Assembly (NCBI GenBank): GCA_963774265.1
Contig: CAVZDU010000007.1
Span: 480,001 to 544,000, forward strand
Direction of reading: 5' to 3'
Length of the DNA: 64,000 nt
From: an uncultured Chloroflexia bacterium
GTDB taxonomy: Bacteria; Chloroflexota; Anaerolineae; CG2-30-64-16
The stretch's first letter is position 1. The number at the start of each line of letters is the position of its first letter. Positions 61,544 through 64,000 of the stretch are shown piece by piece. The position numbers were made by a program, and so were the translations under genes. Below the pieces are notes generated by a model, which worked only from the letters and a program-made list of their open reading frames with translations, was not told the DNA's origin and did not search any database.

Positions 61544-62666
61544 TCAGTGGATGAGCTCTTTGAGCGCCGAGAGCAACAGCAGGACGTTCTCGCGGCGGCT
61601 GGAGAAGCCCATCAACCCGATGCGCCAGATCTTGCCCTTGAGCGGCCCGAAGCCACCGGCAATCTCAATGTTGTAGTCCTTGAGCAAGCGACCGCGCACC
61701 GCTGCTTCATCGATGCCCTCAGGAATGCGGCAGGTGGTGAGCGAGGGCAGGCGGTGGTCGATCGGCACGTGAGGCTGCAGACCCAGCGCCTCCAGCCCCT
61801 GCCAGAGCATCTGGGCGTTGGCGAGGTGGCGAGCAAAGCGCTGCTCGAGCCCTTCTTCGGCCACCAGGCGCAGCGCCTCGCGCAGGGCGTAATTCATGTT
61901 GATGGGCGCGGTGTGGTGGTAGGTGCGCTCCTTGCCCCAGTATTTCTGCACCATCGTCAGGTCGAGATACCAGTTGCCCACCGGGACCTGGCGTGCGGCC
62001 AGCGCCTCGATGCCGCGCGGGCCGATGGTGATCGGCGCGAGCCCGGGCGGGCACGAGAGGCACTTTTGCGTCCCGCTGTAGGCAATGTCCACGTTCCAGG
62101 CATCGATCTCGACCGGCACGCCGCCAAGTGAAGTAACGGTATCGAGCACGAACAAAGCGTCGTGGCGATGGGCAATATCGGCGATGTCGCGCACGCCTAG
62201 CTGCTGCGCCCCGGTCGAGGTCTCGGCATGCACCAGCGCGAGCAACTTGTAGCTGCGACCGCGCATGGCTTCCTCGATTTCTTCCGGCGCGAAAATTTCG
62301 CCCCAGGGTTTTTCGAGCCGATCGACCTTGGCCCCGTAGCGCTCGGCCATGTTGCAGAGCCGCTCGCCAAAGTAGCCGTTGACGCCGATCAGGACCTGAA
62401 CTCCAGGCTCGATGAAGTTGCAGAGCGCAGCTTCCATGCCCGCGCTGCCGGTGCCCGAAATGGGGATCGTCAGCGGATTACTCGTCTGGAAGACAAAGCG
62501 CAGGAGTTCTTGCACCTCGTTCATGACGTGCAGGAACTCGGGGTCAAGGTGTCCGATGCATGGCATCGCCAGTCGCGCGCAGGACACGCGGCGCGACCAT
62601 GCTGGGGCCAGGACCGAGCAGAACACGAGGTGAGAGGTCGAGGTCGTGGTAGTTGTTGGGATCCAT
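61544..62666 (-). CDS. Class V aminotransferase (alanine/serine-glyoxylate), frameshift near 62570
   Basis: LLGPGPS, SGTGSAGME, VHAETSTG, DTVTSLGG, YSGTQKCL, YHHTAP, WRIGLMG. Confidence 0.92.
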
Positions 62667-63118
62667 GGGTTGCGCTCCTTTGCTGCAGGCCATTAAGAAC
62701 GATGGGGGAGTACTGTTTAACGTATAGCACGTAACCCGCTTTCTTACAAACCCGTGGGCCGCCCACGGGAACTGAGCTTCGGACGTGAGCTCGGACAGGT
62801 AAGGGCTGGACCGCCAGCTGCGGTTCGGGCGGAACGATGAGACGGGCCTGCGGCCGATTCCTGACTCTGCAGCAGCAAGACTTTGAGAAAGGTCAATTGG
62901 CTCGCCATCTCGATGTACGCATGGGGGCACTGACCGGCTGTGTGGTTCAGACCTCCCAACAAGGTGACGGGCGCCATCTACACCGACGTGCCTCCTCTGT
63001 CAATCAAATAGCAGGCTATATTACATCTAATGTCGATCTAGAAGCGCACTTGTTATATACAAGCGATTATTCATCATGAACCCAGGCCGTGCCTCATCTT
63101 GTCTACCCGGAGGTACCC

Positions 63119-63505
63119 GTGAACAGGCGCCTGTTTTTGCAGGGCATCGCGCTCGCATCGCTGGTCGCGGCCGGCGGCATGCTGCCCAAGCCGGCATACG
63201 GCGAACTGCCGGCCAACTCGCTGGCCGGACCCGCGCCAGGCGTCCGCGATCTGGCGGCCCCACCGCGGACGATCCTCGGCCGCCTGCTTCGGGGCACCGC
63301 GGACGGGAAAGTGCTTGAGTCCCTCGACGGCGGAGCGACCTGGCAGCGGATCGCCAACTTCGGCGAACTCTGCTCCGTTGCGCGGTTGTCCGAGCAGAAC
63401 TCCGAAATCCACGCGCGCGTCTTCTTGCAGGGAAATATCTTTACCTTGCACTCAGCCGATGGCCGCGTGTGGCGGACCGCAGATGCCGTGCGCCGGCCAG
63501 CTTGA
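63119..63505 (+). CDS. Small Tat-signal protein with BNR-like motif
   Basis: NRRLFL twin-arginine motif; ESLDGGATW. Confidence 0.65.
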   Translation: MNRRLFLQGIALASLVAAGGMLPKPAYGELPANSLAGPAPGVRDLAAPPRTILGRLLRGTADGKVLESLDGGATWQRIANFGELCSVARLSEQNSEIHARVFLQGNIFTLHSADGRVWRTADAVRRPA

Positions 63506-63524
63506 CCTGCGCAGGAGCTGAAGC

Positions 63525-64000
63525 ATGCCAGCATTCCCTTCATCTGCGACCGCTGGAACCGGCCGACGACGAGTTTTCGTACACCGTCTACGCCAGTACG
63601 CGCGCCGAGGAAATGGCCCAGGTGAACTGGAGCGCGGCGCAGCAGGAAGCTTTCTTGCGGATGCAGTTTGACGCCCAGCGGCAGTCCTACGCGCTGCAAA
63701 GTCCGGCCGCTGAATACCAGATGATCCTCAGCGACGGGCGGGCTATCGGCCGGCTGATCGTCGACCGCAGTGGCGACGAGATCCTGTTGATGGATCTTGC
63801 GCTGCTGCCCGAAGGCCGCGGCGCGGGTGCGGGCACGGCGTTGGTGGCTGCCTTGCAGGACGAGGCCAGCCGGGCCGGCAAGCCATTGCGCCTGCACGTC
63901 GAGTTCTTCAACCCGGCCCTGCGCCTCTACCAGCGACTTGGTTTCCAGATCAGGGGCGCAATGGCCTGCACCTTGAGATGGAATGGCGCCCGGAGCGAGT
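63525..64000 (+). CDS. GNAT family N-acetyltransferase, frameshifted, runs off window end
   Basis: YASTR.EE...FLRMQFDAQ..SY, DLALLPE.RG.G.GT, LHVE.FNPALRLYQRLGF. Confidence 0.85.

Noticed and set aside
62700-63060. Riboswitch or ncRNA upstream of the aminotransferase
   Set aside because: Only a short hairpin (CCCGTGGG-CCG-CCCACGGG) is present; I recognise no glycine or other riboswitch consensus. An Rfam scan would settle it.
12193-63960. Many frameshifted genes (treS, GRE2, AOR, both GntR, both STAND, aminotransferase) as pseudogenes or programmed frameshifts
   Set aside because: Single-base indels are scattered through unrelated, otherwise conserved genes without in-frame stops or slippery motifs. 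Long-read error is the simplest explanation; read polishing would decide.

Overview
GC-rich bacterial chromosomal window, most consistent with a Chloroflexota (Anaerolineae/Caldilineae-like) genome. That assignment is inferred from gene content, GAAC-N4-GTTC SOS boxes and palindromic repeat families. Many conserved genes carry single-base frameshifts, which look like long-read assembly errors. In order, the window holds: tryptophanase (partial), YihY, an orphan Phd antitoxin and a LarA-family racemase; an OmpR/kinase pair whose neighbouring promoters share 11-bp-phased repeats; nitroreductase, radical SAM and treS; a sugar cluster with two tandem glycyl radical enzymes (YbiW-like and PflD-like), one activase, two SorC regulators, a ROK kinase and a lactonase; an EAD1-TM protein, collapsed surface-protein remnants and an ISL3 scar; a two-subunit AOR-family (GOR-like) oxidoreductase next to a eukaryote-type tandem PFK; a partly decayed GntR-controlled sugar-acid island with a complete IS (22-bp TIRs, CTAA target duplication); a small ORF under SOS boxes; two BTAD-STAND regulator modules with SARP-type boxes and a recurrent small protein; and an aminotransferase and a GNAT (partial). 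No rRNA, tRNA or CRISPR array was seen. The strongest candidates for undescribed biology are the dual-GRE cluster, the STAND/small-protein modules, the GOR-PFK operon and the EAD1 membrane protein. Family calls come from motif recognition, not database searches.
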